Source: Candidatus Eiseniibacteriota bacterium
GTDB lineage: Bacteria; ARS69
Length of the DNA stretch: 64,000 bases
Assembly (NCBI GenBank): GCA_052390515.1
Contig: JBQTGV010000036.1
Coordinates: 20,779 to 84,778 of the forward strand
Direction of reading: 5' to 3'
Made by a program: the position numbers and the translations under genes. Below are positions 37,195 through 47,819 of the stretch, piece after piece (positions within the stretch are counted from its first letter, which is position 1; each line of letters begins with the position of its first letter). The notes below the pieces were generated by a model, which saw only the letters and a list, made by a program, of their open reading frames with translations, was not told the origin of the DNA and did no database searches.

Positions 37195-38253
37195 ATGGAC
37201 GAAGCTCGTCAGCCCCGCCGTGTCTGGAATCCGCCGAACCCGTACCTGACCGAGCACCGCGAGCTGCTCGGCGAGCCCCCCGTCGCGGAGCTGGAGGTCT
37301 GGGAGGACCGCTCGCGCACCATCCTCTCGCGCAACGACAGCCCCGACCTGGGCTTCCGCTGGAGCGTGAATCCCTATCGCGGCTGCTTCCACGCCTGCGC
37401 GTACTGCTACGCGCGCACCACGCACGAGTACCTCGGGCTCGGCGCCGGCACCGACTTCGAGCGCAAGATCTTCGTGAAGCCGGACGCCCCTTCGCTCCTC
37501 GCCACGGCCTTCGCCCGCCCGAGCTGGAAGGGCGAACACGTCGCGTTCTCCGGCGCGACGGACTGCTATCAGCCGCTCGAGGCGGCGTGGAAGCTGACGC
37601 GGCGGTGCTTGGAGGTGTGCGCGGAATTCCGCAACCCGGCCGGCGTCGTCACCAAGTCCCTGCTGGTGACGCGCGACGCGGACGTGCTCTCGCATCTGGC
37701 GCAGACCGCCGGTGCGCACGTCTGCGTGAGCATCGCCTTCCTGGACGAGGAGATGGCGCGGCGGATCGAGCCGGGCACGCCGACGGTGAAGCGCCGCTTC
37801 CAGGCCATGGCGAAGCTCGCCGCCGCCGGCATCCCGGTGAGCGTCTCAGTCGCGCCGATCATTCCCGGGCTGAACGACGCGGACATCCCCGGGATCCTGC
37901 AGGAGGCGAAGCGGAACGGCGCGACCGGTGCCTTCCGCACGTTGCTGCGGCTCCCCGGATCCGTGAAGGACGTCTTCCTCACCCGCCTCCGCGAGGAGCT
38001 GCCGCTCCGGGCCGCACGGGTCGAGAGCCGGCTGCTCGACGTGCGCGGCGGGAAGCTGAACGAGAGTCGGTTCGGCGCGCGGCAGGTCGGGCAGGGCGAT
38101 TACTGGGACGCCATCGAGAGCGTCTGGGAGCTGTGGACCCGGCGCCTGGGCCTGGCCGGCGGCGAGCCCGGGGTGGCGGGGCCTGGCGCCGTCCGCGGAG
38201 CGGGACCTGTCGGCGCCCCCGCGCGGCCGACGCAGCTCGAGCTGTCGCTGTAA
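37195..38253 (+). CDS. Radical SAM protein (PA0069/SplB-like)
   Basis: NPYRGCFHACAYCYAR, TDCYQP and APIIPGLND. Confidence 0.92.
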   Translation: MDEARQPRRVWNPPNPYLTEHRELLGEPPVAELEVWEDRSRTILSRNDSPDLGFRWSVNPYRGCFHACAYCYARTTHEYLGLGAGTDFERKIFVKPDAPSLLATAFARPSWKGEHVAFSGATDCYQPLEAAWKLTRRCLEVCAEFRNPAGVVTKSLLVTRDADVLSHLAQTAGAHVCVSIAFLDEEMARRIEPGTPTVKRRFQAMAKLAAAGIPVSVSVAPIIPGLNDADIPGILQEAKRNGATGAFRTLLRLPGSVKDVFLTRLREELPLRAARVESRLLDVRGGKLNESRFGARQVGQGDYWDAIESVWELWTRRLGLAGGEPGVAGPGAVRGAGPVGAPARPTQLELSL

Positions 38254-38304
38254 GCTGGCAGAGGGGAGGTCGGATCCCGGGACCCTCCCGAGGGGGAGCC
38301 GCCG

Positions 38305-38982
38305 ATGACCCGAGATCTTCGCATCCGCGTCAGCGAGCGCATCGGCGAAGTGAGCGCGCTGCTGGAGGGGCCGGAGTCCGCCGAGCACTTCCTCGTCCTG
38401 GCGCACGGGGCCGGCGCGGGGATGCGGCATGCATTCCTGGAGCGGATGGCGGAACGGTTGGCCGCGCACCGAGTGGCGACGCTCCGCTACCAGTTCCCGT
38501 ACACCGAGCGCGGCAGCCGGCGCCCGGATCCGCCTGCCGTCCTCGAGGCCACGGTGCGGGCGGCCGTGGCGAAGGGAGCGGAATTGGCGGCGGGACTGCC
38601 GCTCTTCGCCGGAGGTAAATCCATGGGCGGGCGAATGACCTCGCGGGCGCAGGCGGCGGAGCCGCTCCCGGAAGTTCGCGGGCTCGTGTTCCTGGGTTTC
38701 CCGCTGCATCCAGCCGGCAAGCCCGGCACGGAGCGGGCGGATCACCTCGCCGGCGTGCGCATCCCCATGCTGTTCCTGCAGGGCACGCGCGACGACCTCG
38801 CCGACCTGGATCTGCTGAGGCCGATCTGCGCGCGCCTCCCGAACGCGACGCTCGCGATCGTGGTGGGTGCCGATCACTCCTTCAAAGTGCCGAAAGCTTC
38901 CGAGCGCGGCGACGACGTGCTGGACGGGCTCGCCGCCACGGTCCGCGAGTGGATCAGCAGTGGTTGCAGCGCACCTCGTTGA
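38305..38982 (+). CDS. Alpha/beta hydrolase (KANL3/Tex30-like)
   Basis: [21 protein letters not shown] and GADHSF. Confidence 0.9.
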   Translation: MTRDLRIRVSERIGEVSALLEGPESAEHFLVLAHGAGAGMRHAFLERMAERLAAHRVATLRYQFPYTERGSRRPDPPAVLEATVRAAVAKGAELAAGLPLFAGGKSMGGRMTSRAQAAEPLPEVRGLVFLGFPLHPAGKPGTERADHLAGVRIPMLFLQGTRDDLADLDLLRPICARLPNATLAIVVGADHSFKVPKASERGDDVLDGLAATVREWISSGCSAPR

Positions 38983-39139
38983 AGACCGTCTCCGCGTCGC
39001 ACTCGGTCATGGCGTGGTCGACGACGATTCGCAGCGCCTTGTGCTCGTCGGTGAGGTCGTACTTCGCGGCCATCTTCTGCAGCCAGTCGATGTGGTCCTC
39101 GTTCAGCTCCCAGGTGCGCTCCACCTTGATTCCACCCAC
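38954..39139 (-). CDS. Small protein with a C-terminal CxxC
   Basis: AAGGAG RBS before GTG; ends RCNHC. Confidence 0.65.
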   Translation of the reverse strand: MGGIKVERTWELNEDHIDWLQKMAAKYDLTDEHKALRIVVDHAMTECDAETVFNEVRCNHC

Positions 39140-39234
39140 TGCTGTCTCCTTTCACGGCTCTCCGCCGGCCGTCCGAGTTCGGGTAAGATAGTGCAGAGTC
39201 CAGTGGGGATCACAACCGGAAAGCGAGGTGATCC

Positions 39235-39468
39235 GTGGACGCCGATCTCCAACGCAACGACCGCGAGTGGAACGACCCGGCCAATTGGAAGGGGCCGTTC
39301 TACGCTGCGCCGGAGGACACCCGGCCGTTCGTCCCGAAGCGGGGGCGGCGCCGCGGATACACGGTGAACTTCGCCAATCCGGTGGGCCGCACGGTCGTGC
39401 TGGCGGCCCTCGCCCTGGTGCTCGTCACCGCGTGCATCGCCTTCCTGGTGGAGAGACGGAGCGTGTGA
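39235..39468 (+). CDS. DUF5808-like small membrane protein
   Basis: FY...D...FVPKR...GYTVNFANP plus one TM segment. Confidence 0.8.
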   Translation: MDADLQRNDREWNDPANWKGPFYAAPEDTRPFVPKRGRRRGYTVNFANPVGRTVVLAALALVLVTACIAFLVERRSV

Positions 39469-40109
39469 TCGTCTCGGCGGAAGCGCACCCGGAGCTCGAG
39501 GCGTACGCGTTCTCGACCGAGCTCCCCGTTCCTCTCGGAGACATGCCCGCTCCTCCGTGGCTCGTGGCCTTGCTCTCGGCCGGCGGGGAAGCTCCGCTGT
39601 CGGCGACCGACGAAGTGCGCGCCGCCGTCCGCGATCTGCTTCGCCACGGGGGCTACAAGCCGACCGGCCGCGGCAAGCCTGCGTCGGAGTATCTGGTGCG
39701 AGCCGCCGCGGAGAGCTCCCTGCGCTCCATCAACGCGGCGGTCGATGCGTGCAACGTGGTGTCGCTGCACAGTGGACTTCCGATCAGCGTCGTCGATCTG
39801 GACCGCGCGGCTCCGCCGCTTCGAGTCGGTGCGGCCGCGGCGGGATCGAGCTACGTGTTCAACGCCTCGGGTCAGGAGATTCGCCTCGACGGACTGCTCT
39901 GCCTGCACGATTCGCTCGGTCCGTGCGCGAACGCGGTGAAGGACTCGGAGCGCACGAAGACGCACGAGATGACGCTGCGCACGCTCTCGGTCATCTGGGG
40001 CTGCCGCCGGCTGGCGGGACGCGCGGCCGCAGCGGGTGAGTGGTACCGCGAGATCCTGGGCCGCCTCCCGGCCCGTACCGAGGAGGTCCGGCTCGTCGTG
40101 GTACAATGA
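39465..40109 (+). CDS. B3/4 domain protein (PheRS beta editing-like)
   Basis: YKPTGRGKPASEYL, INAAVDACN and PISVVD. Confidence 0.85.
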   Translation: MIVSAEAHPELEAYAFSTELPVPLGDMPAPPWLVALLSAGGEAPLSATDEVRAAVRDLLRHGGYKPTGRGKPASEYLVRAAAESSLRSINAAVDACNVVSLHSGLPISVVDLDRAAPPLRVGAAAAGSSYVFNASGQEIRLDGLLCLHDSLGPCANAVKDSERTKTHEMTLRTLSVIWGCRRLAGRAAAAGEWYREILGRLPARTEEVRLVVVQ

Positions 40110-40184
40110 GCCTGCGGGTCCTGCCCCGAGAGAACCAATCACAGAAGTACCGATCCGAAATGGCGTTGCCGCGCGTTCGCTCCC

Positions 40185-40217
40185 CTTCACGAGATTTTCA
40201 CGGGACGAGAGTACGAT
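40185..40217 (+). promoter_or_regulatory. Pho-box-like direct repeat and -10 element upstream of ppk1
   Basis: TTCACG at 40186 and 40197 (11-bp period); TACGAT at 40212. Confidence 0.55.
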
Positions 40218-40275
40218 CCGGCCCCGGCGCGGGGCACGATCCGCGGCGCCGAACGAACCCGACAGGAGCTCCTTC

Positions 40276-42474
40276 GTGAGCGAAGTCCGGATTCCCGAGC
40301 CCACGGATTCACCGCTGGAGACGCCGCCGCCGGAGACGCAGCCGAGGACGGCCGCGCGCGTCGTGCTCCACTCCGAACCCGCTGCCCCGCCCGCACCGGC
40401 TCTCGATCCGCTCGCCGATCCTGCGCTCTACGTCAATCGCGAGCTCAGCATGCTCGAGTTCCATCGTCGCGTGCTGCACCAGGCGACGGACCCGGACGTG
40501 CCGCTGCTCGAGCGACTGCGCTTCCTGACGATCTCGAGCGCCATTCTCGACGAGTTCTTCGAGATCCGCGTCGGCGGTCTCAAGGAGCAGGTCGCTTTCG
40601 GACTCCCCAAGGGCGGACCCGACGGTCTCGGACCGGTGGAGACGTTGCGGCGGATCCGCACATCCGTGCTGCAGTTCGTCGCCGACCAGTACCGCGTGCT
40701 CAGCCAGGGCATCCTCCCCGGGCTCGAGGCCGAAGGGATCGTGATCTACGGGAACGCGGATCTCGACGCGGACCAGCGCGCCTGGATCCGCGAGTACTTC
40801 CGGCAGGAAGTGCTTCCGGTTCTCACGCCCATCGGCCTCGATCCTTCGCACCCGTTCCCGCGGATCCTGAACAAGAGCCTGAACTTCATCGTCCAGCTCG
40901 ACGGCAAGGATGCGTTCGGACGACGCAGTCGCGCCGCGGTGATCCAGGCTCCGAGGATCCTGCCGCGTTTGATCGCGCTGCCGAAGAAGCTCGCGCGTGC
41001 CGACCAGGCGTTCGTCCTGCTGACCGCGGTCATGCAGGAGTGCGTGGAGGAGATCTTCCCGCATCGCCAGGTGCGGGGTTGTCATCAGTTCCGAGTGACC
41101 CGCAACAGCGACCTGTGGATCGACGAGGAGGAGATCCAGGACCTGCTGCTCGCGGTGAAGGGCGAGCTTCCGCGGCGCCATTACGGGAAGGCCGTCCGCC
41201 TGGAGATTTCCGACACCTGTCCCGAGGAGATGGTGTCGTTCCTGCTCGAACAGTTCGAGCTGGACGCCGACGATCTCTACCCCGTCTCCGGACCGGTGAA
41301 CCTTCACCGCCTCGAAGCGCTGTACGAGATGGTCGACCGCCCGCGGCTCAAGTACCCGCCGTTCGTGCCCGGGTTGCCCAAGCCGCTCGGCAAGGGCACC
41401 GACCTCTTCCGCATCCTCCGCGAGCGCGACGTCCTGCTGCACCATCCCTACCAGAGCTTCTCGCCGGTGCTGCACCTGCTACGCCAAGCCGCCGAGGATC
41501 CCGACGTGCTGGCGGTGAAGCTGATCGTGTATCGCACGGGGCTCGCCTCCAAGGTGGGAGAGGCTCTGCGCGCCGCGGCCAGCGCCGGCAAGGAAGTGAC
41601 CGCGGTCATCGAGCTGCGTGCGCGCTTCGACGAGGCGGCGAACATCGAGCTGGCCTCCCAGCTCCAGGAAGCGGGCGCGAAGGTCGTGTACGGGATCGTC
41701 GGATTCAAATCTCACGCCAAGATGCTGCTGATCGTGCGCCGCGAGGACGGCGCGCTTCGCCGCTACGTGCACGTCGGCACGGGCAACTACAATTCCAAGA
41801 CGGCCCGCGAGTACACGGACTTCGGCGTCATGACCAGCGACGAGGACTTCGGCAAGGACGTACACGACCTCTTCCAGCAGCTGACCAGCCTCGGCCGCAA
41901 CGGCAACCTGCGCAAGCTCGTGCAGACGCCCTTCGACCTGCACCGCAAGCTCCTGGAGCTGATCGGGGCGGAGACCGCGGCCGCGCGCGAGGGCCGGGAG
42001 GCGCGGATCATCGCCAAGATGAACTCGCTCATCGAGCCCGAGATCATCCAGGCGCTCTACCGTGCCTCGCAGGCGGGCGTGCCCATCGATCTCATCGTCC
42101 GCGGGCCGTGCTGCCTGAGGCCCGGCGTTCCCGGCGTCTCGGAAACCATCCGCGTCCGCTCCATCGTGGGGCGGTTCCTCGAGCACCATCGCGTGTTCTG
42201 GTTCCACGCGGGCGGCGAGCGCGTCTCCCTGCTGAGCAGCGCCGACTGGATGCCGCGAAACTTCTTCCGCCGCGTCGAAGTGGCCTTCCCGGTCTCGGGC
42301 AAGAAGAACCGCGACCGTGTCTTCGAGGAGGGACTGGAAACGTACCTCGGCGACAACTGCGATGCGTGGGTGATGGCCTCCGACGGCAGCTACGAGCGGC
42401 TGAGCCCGGGCGACGAGGGCCGCCGGTCGGCGCAGGAGATGCTGCTGGAGCAGCTGACGCGGCCGCCCGCCTGA
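40276..42474 (+). CDS. ppk1: Polyphosphate kinase 1
   Basis: NRELS, LDEFFEIRV, HPFP, HHPYQSF, ARFDE, GTGNYN and SADWMPRN. Confidence 0.97.
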   Translation: MSEVRIPEPTDSPLETPPPETQPRTAARVVLHSEPAAPPAPALDPLADPALYVNRELSMLEFHRRVLHQATDPDVPLLERLRFLTISSAILDEFFEIRVGGLKEQVAFGLPKGGPDGLGPVETLRRIRTSVLQFVADQYRVLSQGILPGLEAEGIVIYGNADLDADQRAWIREYFRQEVLPVLTPIGLDPSHPFPRILNKSLNFIVQLDGKDAFGRRSRAAVIQAPRILPRLIALPKKLARADQAFVLLTAVMQECVEEIFPHRQVRGCHQFRVTRNSDLWIDEEEIQDLLLAVKGELPRRHYGKAVRLEISDTCPEEMVSFLLEQFELDADDLYPVSGPVNLHRLEALYEMVDRPRLKYPPFVPGLPKPLGKGTDLFRILRERDVLLHHPYQSFSPVLHLLRQAAEDPDVLAVKLIVYRTGLASKVGEALRAAASAGKEVTAVIELRARFDEAANIELASQLQEAGAKVVYGIVGFKSHAKMLLIVRREDGALRRYVHVGTGNYNSKTAREYTDFGVMTSDEDFGKDVHDLFQQLTSLGRNGNLRKLVQTPFDLHRKLLELIGAETAAAREGREARIIAKMNSLIEPEIIQALYRASQAGVPIDLIVRGPCCLRPGVPGVSETIRVRSIVGRFLEHHRVFWFHAGGERVSLLSSADWMPRNFFRRVEVAFPVSGKKNRDRVFEEGLETYLGDNCDAWVMASDGSYERLSPGDEGRRSAQEMLLEQLTRPPA

Positions 42475-42536
42475 GGCGGCGGCTCGCTGGACGGCCGCGC
42501 CTCGACGCGAGAGGCTGTTCGCCGCTTCGAGTCTCG

Positions 42537-44069
42537 TCAGCTCGCCACCATCTCGCGCACCTCGAGCTTCGTGTCGAGGTCGGCGAGGTAGGCCGCTTCC
42601 TGCTCCAGATCGGCGCGCGTGAGCGGGTGGCTCTCCAGCCACTGATTCGGGAACGTCAGGCGCAGCGCGCCGTTCCGCCACTGGATCTCCGGGACGAGCG
42701 CGGACTCCGGCACCCGGCTGCGGTTCAGCAGCACCGCCAGCCGCAGCAGCGCGCATAACCTCTTCGCCAGCTCGTTCTGCTCCGGCGGCACCGTCTCGAA
42801 GATCAGGGGCGACAGCCGTCGGCGGTGGCCGCGGATCAGCGCCGCGAGCGTGCGCTGGTCGTCCTCGGAGAATCCGGGAAGATCCATGTGACCGACCAGG
42901 TACTCGCCGTGCTTGTGGTACCCGGTGTAGGACACGGTGAGTCCGATCTCGTGCAGCAGCGACGCCCAGGTGAGCAGATCGCGGGAGGTGCTCGTCTCCC
43001 ACGCCTTCTCCGAGCTCCAGGCCGGGCCGACCTGCGCCAGCAAGCCCAGCGCGGTGTTCTCCACTCGCCCGGCCTGCGCGAGGTCGATGTGGTACTGATC
43101 GATGATGCGGCGGATGGTGCGGTCGCGAACGTCTCGGTGCTCGATCCGTCCGACGAGATCGTAGAGCACGCCTTCGCGCAGGGCGCCGATGGACGGGCTC
43201 ATGGACTCGACCGCAAGGCTGCGGAACAAGGCGATGAGGATGGCGAGACCCCCGGGAAGAACGGCGGCACGGTCCGACTTCATTCCCGGGAGCGCCTCCA
43301 GCCGGTCGGCGTGCCCCGCGTCGACGACGGCGCGCCGCAGCTTCTTGAGACCCGCGAGCGTGATCTCGGGCCCGCCCCAATCGTTCGCCTTGAGCAAGTC
43401 GGACACCGCTAGGATGGTGCCGGATGATCCCACCGCCGAGTCCCAGCCGAGCGCGCGGATCCGCTCTCGGACGGCGCGTAGCTCGAGGGCGGCGGCCGTC
43501 TCGGCGACGCGGAACCCCTCGCGGGTGATGACGCCGCCGGGAAAGAAGTCGCGGCTGAACTTCACGCAGCCCATGAAGAGGCTGTGCGAGCGGAGCACGT
43601 CGAATCCTTCGCCGACGATCACCTCGGTGCTTCCGCCGCCGATGTCGACGGCCAGCCGTCGGACGCCCTCCATCGGATTCGTGTGCGAGATGCCCAGGTA
43701 GATGAGACGAGCCTCTTCCTGACCGGAGATGACCGCGACGGAATGCCCGAGAGCCCGCTGCACCTCGCGGGCGAAGGCCCGGCGGTTCTTCGCGCGGCGA
43801 AGCGTGTTCGTACCCACGGCCCGCACCTGAGCGGGGGGAATCCCGCGCAGCCGCTGTCCGAAGCGCTCCAGGCAGGCCACGGCGCGCTCGGCCACCTCGC
43901 CGCGGATGGTGTCGCCCTGCTGCAGCGCGTCGGCCAGCCGCACCGGCTCGCGCAGGCGGTCGAGGATGTGCAGGTCGTGCTCGACGTATCGAGCGATCAC
44001 CATGTGGAAGCTGTTCGATCCGAGATCGACCGCCGCCACGGTGAGCGGTCCCGGCGCGGCGTCCGTCAT
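42537..44069 (-). CDS. ppx: Exopolyphosphatase Ppx/GppA
   Basis: VDLGSNSFHM, GQEEARLI, DIGGGSTE, ALREG and LHEIG. Confidence 0.95.
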   Translation of the reverse strand: MTDAAPGPLTVAAVDLGSNSFHMVIARYVEHDLHILDRLREPVRLADALQQGDTIRGEVAERAVACLERFGQRLRGIPPAQVRAVGTNTLRRAKNRRAFAREVQRALGHSVAVISGQEEARLIYLGISHTNPMEGVRRLAVDIGGGSTEVIVGEGFDVLRSHSLFMGCVKFSRDFFPGGVITREGFRVAETAAALELRAVRERIRALGWDSAVGSSGTILAVSDLLKANDWGGPEITLAGLKKLRRAVVDAGHADRLEALPGMKSDRAAVLPGGLAILIALFRSLAVESMSPSIGALREGVLYDLVGRIEHRDVRDRTIRRIIDQYHIDLAQAGRVENTALGLLAQVGPAWSSEKAWETSTSRDLLTWASLLHEIGLTVSYTGYHKHGEYLVGHMDLPGFSEDDQRTLAALIRGHRRRLSPLIFETVPPEQNELAKRLCALLRLAVLLNRSRVPESALVPEIQWRNGALRLTFPNQWLESHPLTRADLEQEAAYLADLDTKLEVREMVAS

Positions 44070-44545
44070 AGTCGCCGGAGCATGCGCGATCCGAGCAACC
44101 AGACGAGGTGACCTCCTCCGGCGCTCCACTCGAGGCAGGCGCAGCCGGCCTTCTTGAGCTCGGTGAAGACCCTCGGGTGGCCGACGGTGCGTGCGATCAG
44201 CAGGTCGAGGTGGGGCGCATGGCCCGCGCAAAGCACCGCGGCCTCGTCACGAGAGGCGAGCCAGGCGAGAAGAGCCGCGGGATCGGCGGACGGGAGCAGG
44301 GCCTCGGAGTGGACCACCTCGCCCTCGTAGCCGAGCTCCGCTGCGGCGAGAGCGGCGGTCTCCACCGCCCGGCGATAAGGGCTGGTCACGACCAGATCGG
44401 GGCGGACTCCCGCGGCGAAGAGTCCGCGGGCCGCGGCGCGCGTCCGCTTGATGCCGAGCGGCGTGAGGAAGCGGTCCGGCTCCGCCGGGCAGGACGGGTC
44501 CTCGCGGTCGATGGCGATCCCGTGGCGCATCAGCCAGAGCCTCAT
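44066..44545 (-). CDS. sixA: SixA-type phosphohistidine phosphatase
   Basis: MRHG, SPYRRAVETA and GHAP. Confidence 0.85.
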   Translation of the reverse strand: MRLWLMRHGIAIDREDPSCPAEPDRFLTPLGIKRTRAAARGLFAAGVRPDLVVTSPYRRAVETAALAAAELGYEGEVVHSEALLPSADPAALLAWLASRDEAAVLCAGHAPHLDLLIARTVGHPRVFTELKKAGCACLEWSAGGGHLVWLLGSRMLRRL

Positions 44546-46077
44546 CTCTTCCCTCGTGTCCTCGCGCGCCGCAGCGCGCGCCGGAGCTTTCTCCAGGCCG
44601 GGTCCTCGAACGCGGCGAACGCCTCCGGGAAGCCGACGAGCAGCGTTTCGGCCCGGGCCCGCTGCGTGTGGCGAAGATGCTCGAGCACGAGTCGCGCCGC
44701 GCCGGCCGTCTCGCCGGGGGCATCGTCGAGCAACGCCGGAATCCGGTCCAGGAAAACCACGATGTCGTGGTGCTCTCCGAGTCGGTCTTGAAGTCCGACG
44801 AGCCGCCGCAGCACGCGACGGGCCGGCTTGCCGAAGTGTCCGGCGTGGAAGTCGAGCGCATAGCGCGCGCTCTTCCCGAGGATGCGCAGGCGATGATAAT
44901 CGGCGGGGGTGGCGTCCGGCGGGAGCGCGGCTCGCGCACGGATCAGCTTGCGCGTTCGCCGCTCGATGAGGCGCGCAGCGACTCGCTTCGCGCTGCGCCG
45001 GCCGCGGCGCGGGGCGCAGTCGGGGTCACGCTCCAGCCAGGCGGTCGTCGTCTCGACGAAGCGGGCGTACCGCTCCGAGTCCAGGGCCGCGAGCATCTCC
45101 CGGCGCGCTTCGACACGGCGGCCGCGCAGGCGGCCCTCGATCCCTCGGAGCGACGGTCGATCCGCCGCCGGAAGTTCCTTCGCCCTCTCTTCGAGCCAGC
45201 CGATCATCACGTCGAGGTCCCGCACGGGTCCGAGCACGGAGCCGAGCCAGCGGAGCTCGCGGGCGATCTTCCGCGACCCGCGCGGAAGGTATCGCCGGTG
45301 CACGCGCAGCGCGGCGCGAAGACGGCGGGTCGCGACGCGCATGTCGTGCAGCTCCTCGGGATCGACGCCCAGGCGGGAGCCGGGCTCGCGATCGAGGCAG
45401 CGGGCGACCTCGCGGCGCATCACGTCGAGCGCCGCGCCGTAGATGGTGCGATGGCGTCGCCGCGGGGCGGGCCGAGCCGACGCCTGCGGGGCGGCCGACT
45501 CGAGGTCGAGCTGCGGTAGTCGCGCCCGCAGGGCCGCCAGGAGCGCGCCGAGATCTTCGCCCGTGGCCATGTCCAGCTCGACGCGTCGATCCGCCGACGT
45601 CCGCCCGTCGGGCTGTTCGGCCACTGTCTCCACCAGCGTGATGGCCCCGGCCGGTCGGTCCCGCCGCTCGACATCGAACCGCTGCTTCCGCACCTCGCGG
45701 CGCTGCACCGCTCCCAGACGGGCCCGGCCCGTCACCGCGCGCACCGCGTCGTGGAGGGCGGTGGGCAGGGCATCGACATCGAGTCCGCCGTGCCCCGCCG
45801 ACAGCGGTGCGCTGATGCGCAGGGCCGGTGTCCCGGGGCGAGGCGCGCTCGGCTCGAGAACGATGTCCGTTCGTGCGCCGTCCTCCCGCACCGCGAGTGT
45901 GTAACCCGCACGGTGGAACCGCCCGTCCGCCGTGTCCAGACAGGTCTCCCGGGCCGAGCGGGCACCGTCCGGGCGGACCAGGAACCCGTCGGATCCGAGC
46001 CGCGGAAACGCGTTCCGGATCTCGAGGAAGTCTTCGACGATGAGGGAGCCGTGTGCGCCGGCCGAGTGTTCGTTCAT
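44542..46077 (-). CDS. CYTH-like plus CHAD domain protein
   Basis: LHDMRVATRRLR, LGPVRDLDV, HRLRILGK and LQDRLGEHHD. Confidence 0.88.
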   Translation of the reverse strand: MNEHSAGAHGSLIVEDFLEIRNAFPRLGSDGFLVRPDGARSARETCLDTADGRFHRAGYTLAVREDGARTDIVLEPSAPRPGTPALRISAPLSAGHGGLDVDALPTALHDAVRAVTGRARLGAVQRREVRKQRFDVERRDRPAGAITLVETVAEQPDGRTSADRRVELDMATGEDLGALLAALRARLPQLDLESAAPQASARPAPRRRHRTIYGAALDVMRREVARCLDREPGSRLGVDPEELHDMRVATRRLRAALRVHRRYLPRGSRKIARELRWLGSVLGPVRDLDVMIGWLEERAKELPAADRPSLRGIEGRLRGRRVEARREMLAALDSERYARFVETTTAWLERDPDCAPRRGRRSAKRVAARLIERRTRKLIRARAALPPDATPADYHRLRILGKSARYALDFHAGHFGKPARRVLRRLVGLQDRLGEHHDIVVFLDRIPALLDDAPGETAGAARLVLEHLRHTQRARAETLLVGFPEAFAAFEDPAWRKLRRALRRARTRGKR

Positions 46078-46130
46078 AGTGGCTACTCGGGCCGATTATA
46101 GCGTAGCCGGCCGGGCCACCGGCCCGCGGC

Positions 46131-46159
46131 TTGACTTCGCGCCGCGGGGAACGTACTGT
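46131..46159 (+). promoter_or_regulatory. Sigma70 promoter of the pyr operon
   Basis: TTGACT-17 bp-TACTGT. Confidence 0.6.
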
Positions 46160-46184
46160 TTTGCGGCTCGACGAAGCCGCGCCA

Positions 46185-46289
46185 CCTTTAATCCGGTCCC
46201 GTGAGGCCGGGAAGGGTCGGTCAGCGCTCTGAGTCCTTCACGGAGCTGTCCGCCCGGTCCCCCCTCTCCAAGGGCCGAGGCGGATTTTT
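46185..46289 (+). promoter_or_regulatory. PyrR-binding stem-loop and attenuator terminator
   Basis: CCTTTAA..GGTCCCGTGAGGCC..GAAGG matches the PyrR loop consensus; a GC hairpin plus T-run ends just before ATG46291. Confidence 0.85.
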
Positions 46290-46290
46290 C

Positions 46291-46889
46291 ATGACGGACC
46301 TTCCCCCGAACGCACCGGCGAGCGAACAGCGCGCCCTTCGCCCGATGATCGAGAAGGCCCGCATCATGTCCGAGGACGACATGCGCCGGGCCATCTCGCG
46401 GCTCGCGCACGAGATCCTCGAACGGAACGGCGGGCCCGACCATCTCGTCATCGGCGGCATCCGCACGCGCGGGCAGTTCCTCGCGGAGCGGATCGTGAAG
46501 AAGGTGCTCGAGATCGAAAACGTGCGCGTGCCGCTGGGAGTCCTGGACATCACTCTCTACCGCGACGACCTGCAGACCGTCGCCAAGCAGCCGGTGGTCC
46601 GCGCCACCGAGCTGCCCGTATCCATCGTGGACCGGCACGTGGTGCTCGTCGACGACGTTCTCTACACCGGGCGCACGGTTCGCGCGGCCATGGACGAGCT
46701 GATCGACTTCGGCAGGCCGCGGACCATCCAGCTCGCCGTGCTGATCGATCGCGGCCACCGCGAGCTGCCGATCCGCGCGGACTACGTCGGCAAGAACGTA
46801 CCCACGTCGCTGCTCGAGGTCGTCAAGGTCCACTTCCAGGAGGTCGACGGCGAGGACTCCGTGCTCGTCTGCGAGCTGGGAGGTGAGGC

Positions 46890-46893
<4 letters not shown>
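46291..46893 (+). CDS. pyrR: Pyrimidine operon regulator/UPRTase
   Basis: [20 protein letters not shown] and DRGHRELPI. Confidence 0.97.
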
Positions 46894-47815
<922 letters not shown>

Positions 47816-47819
<4 letters not shown>

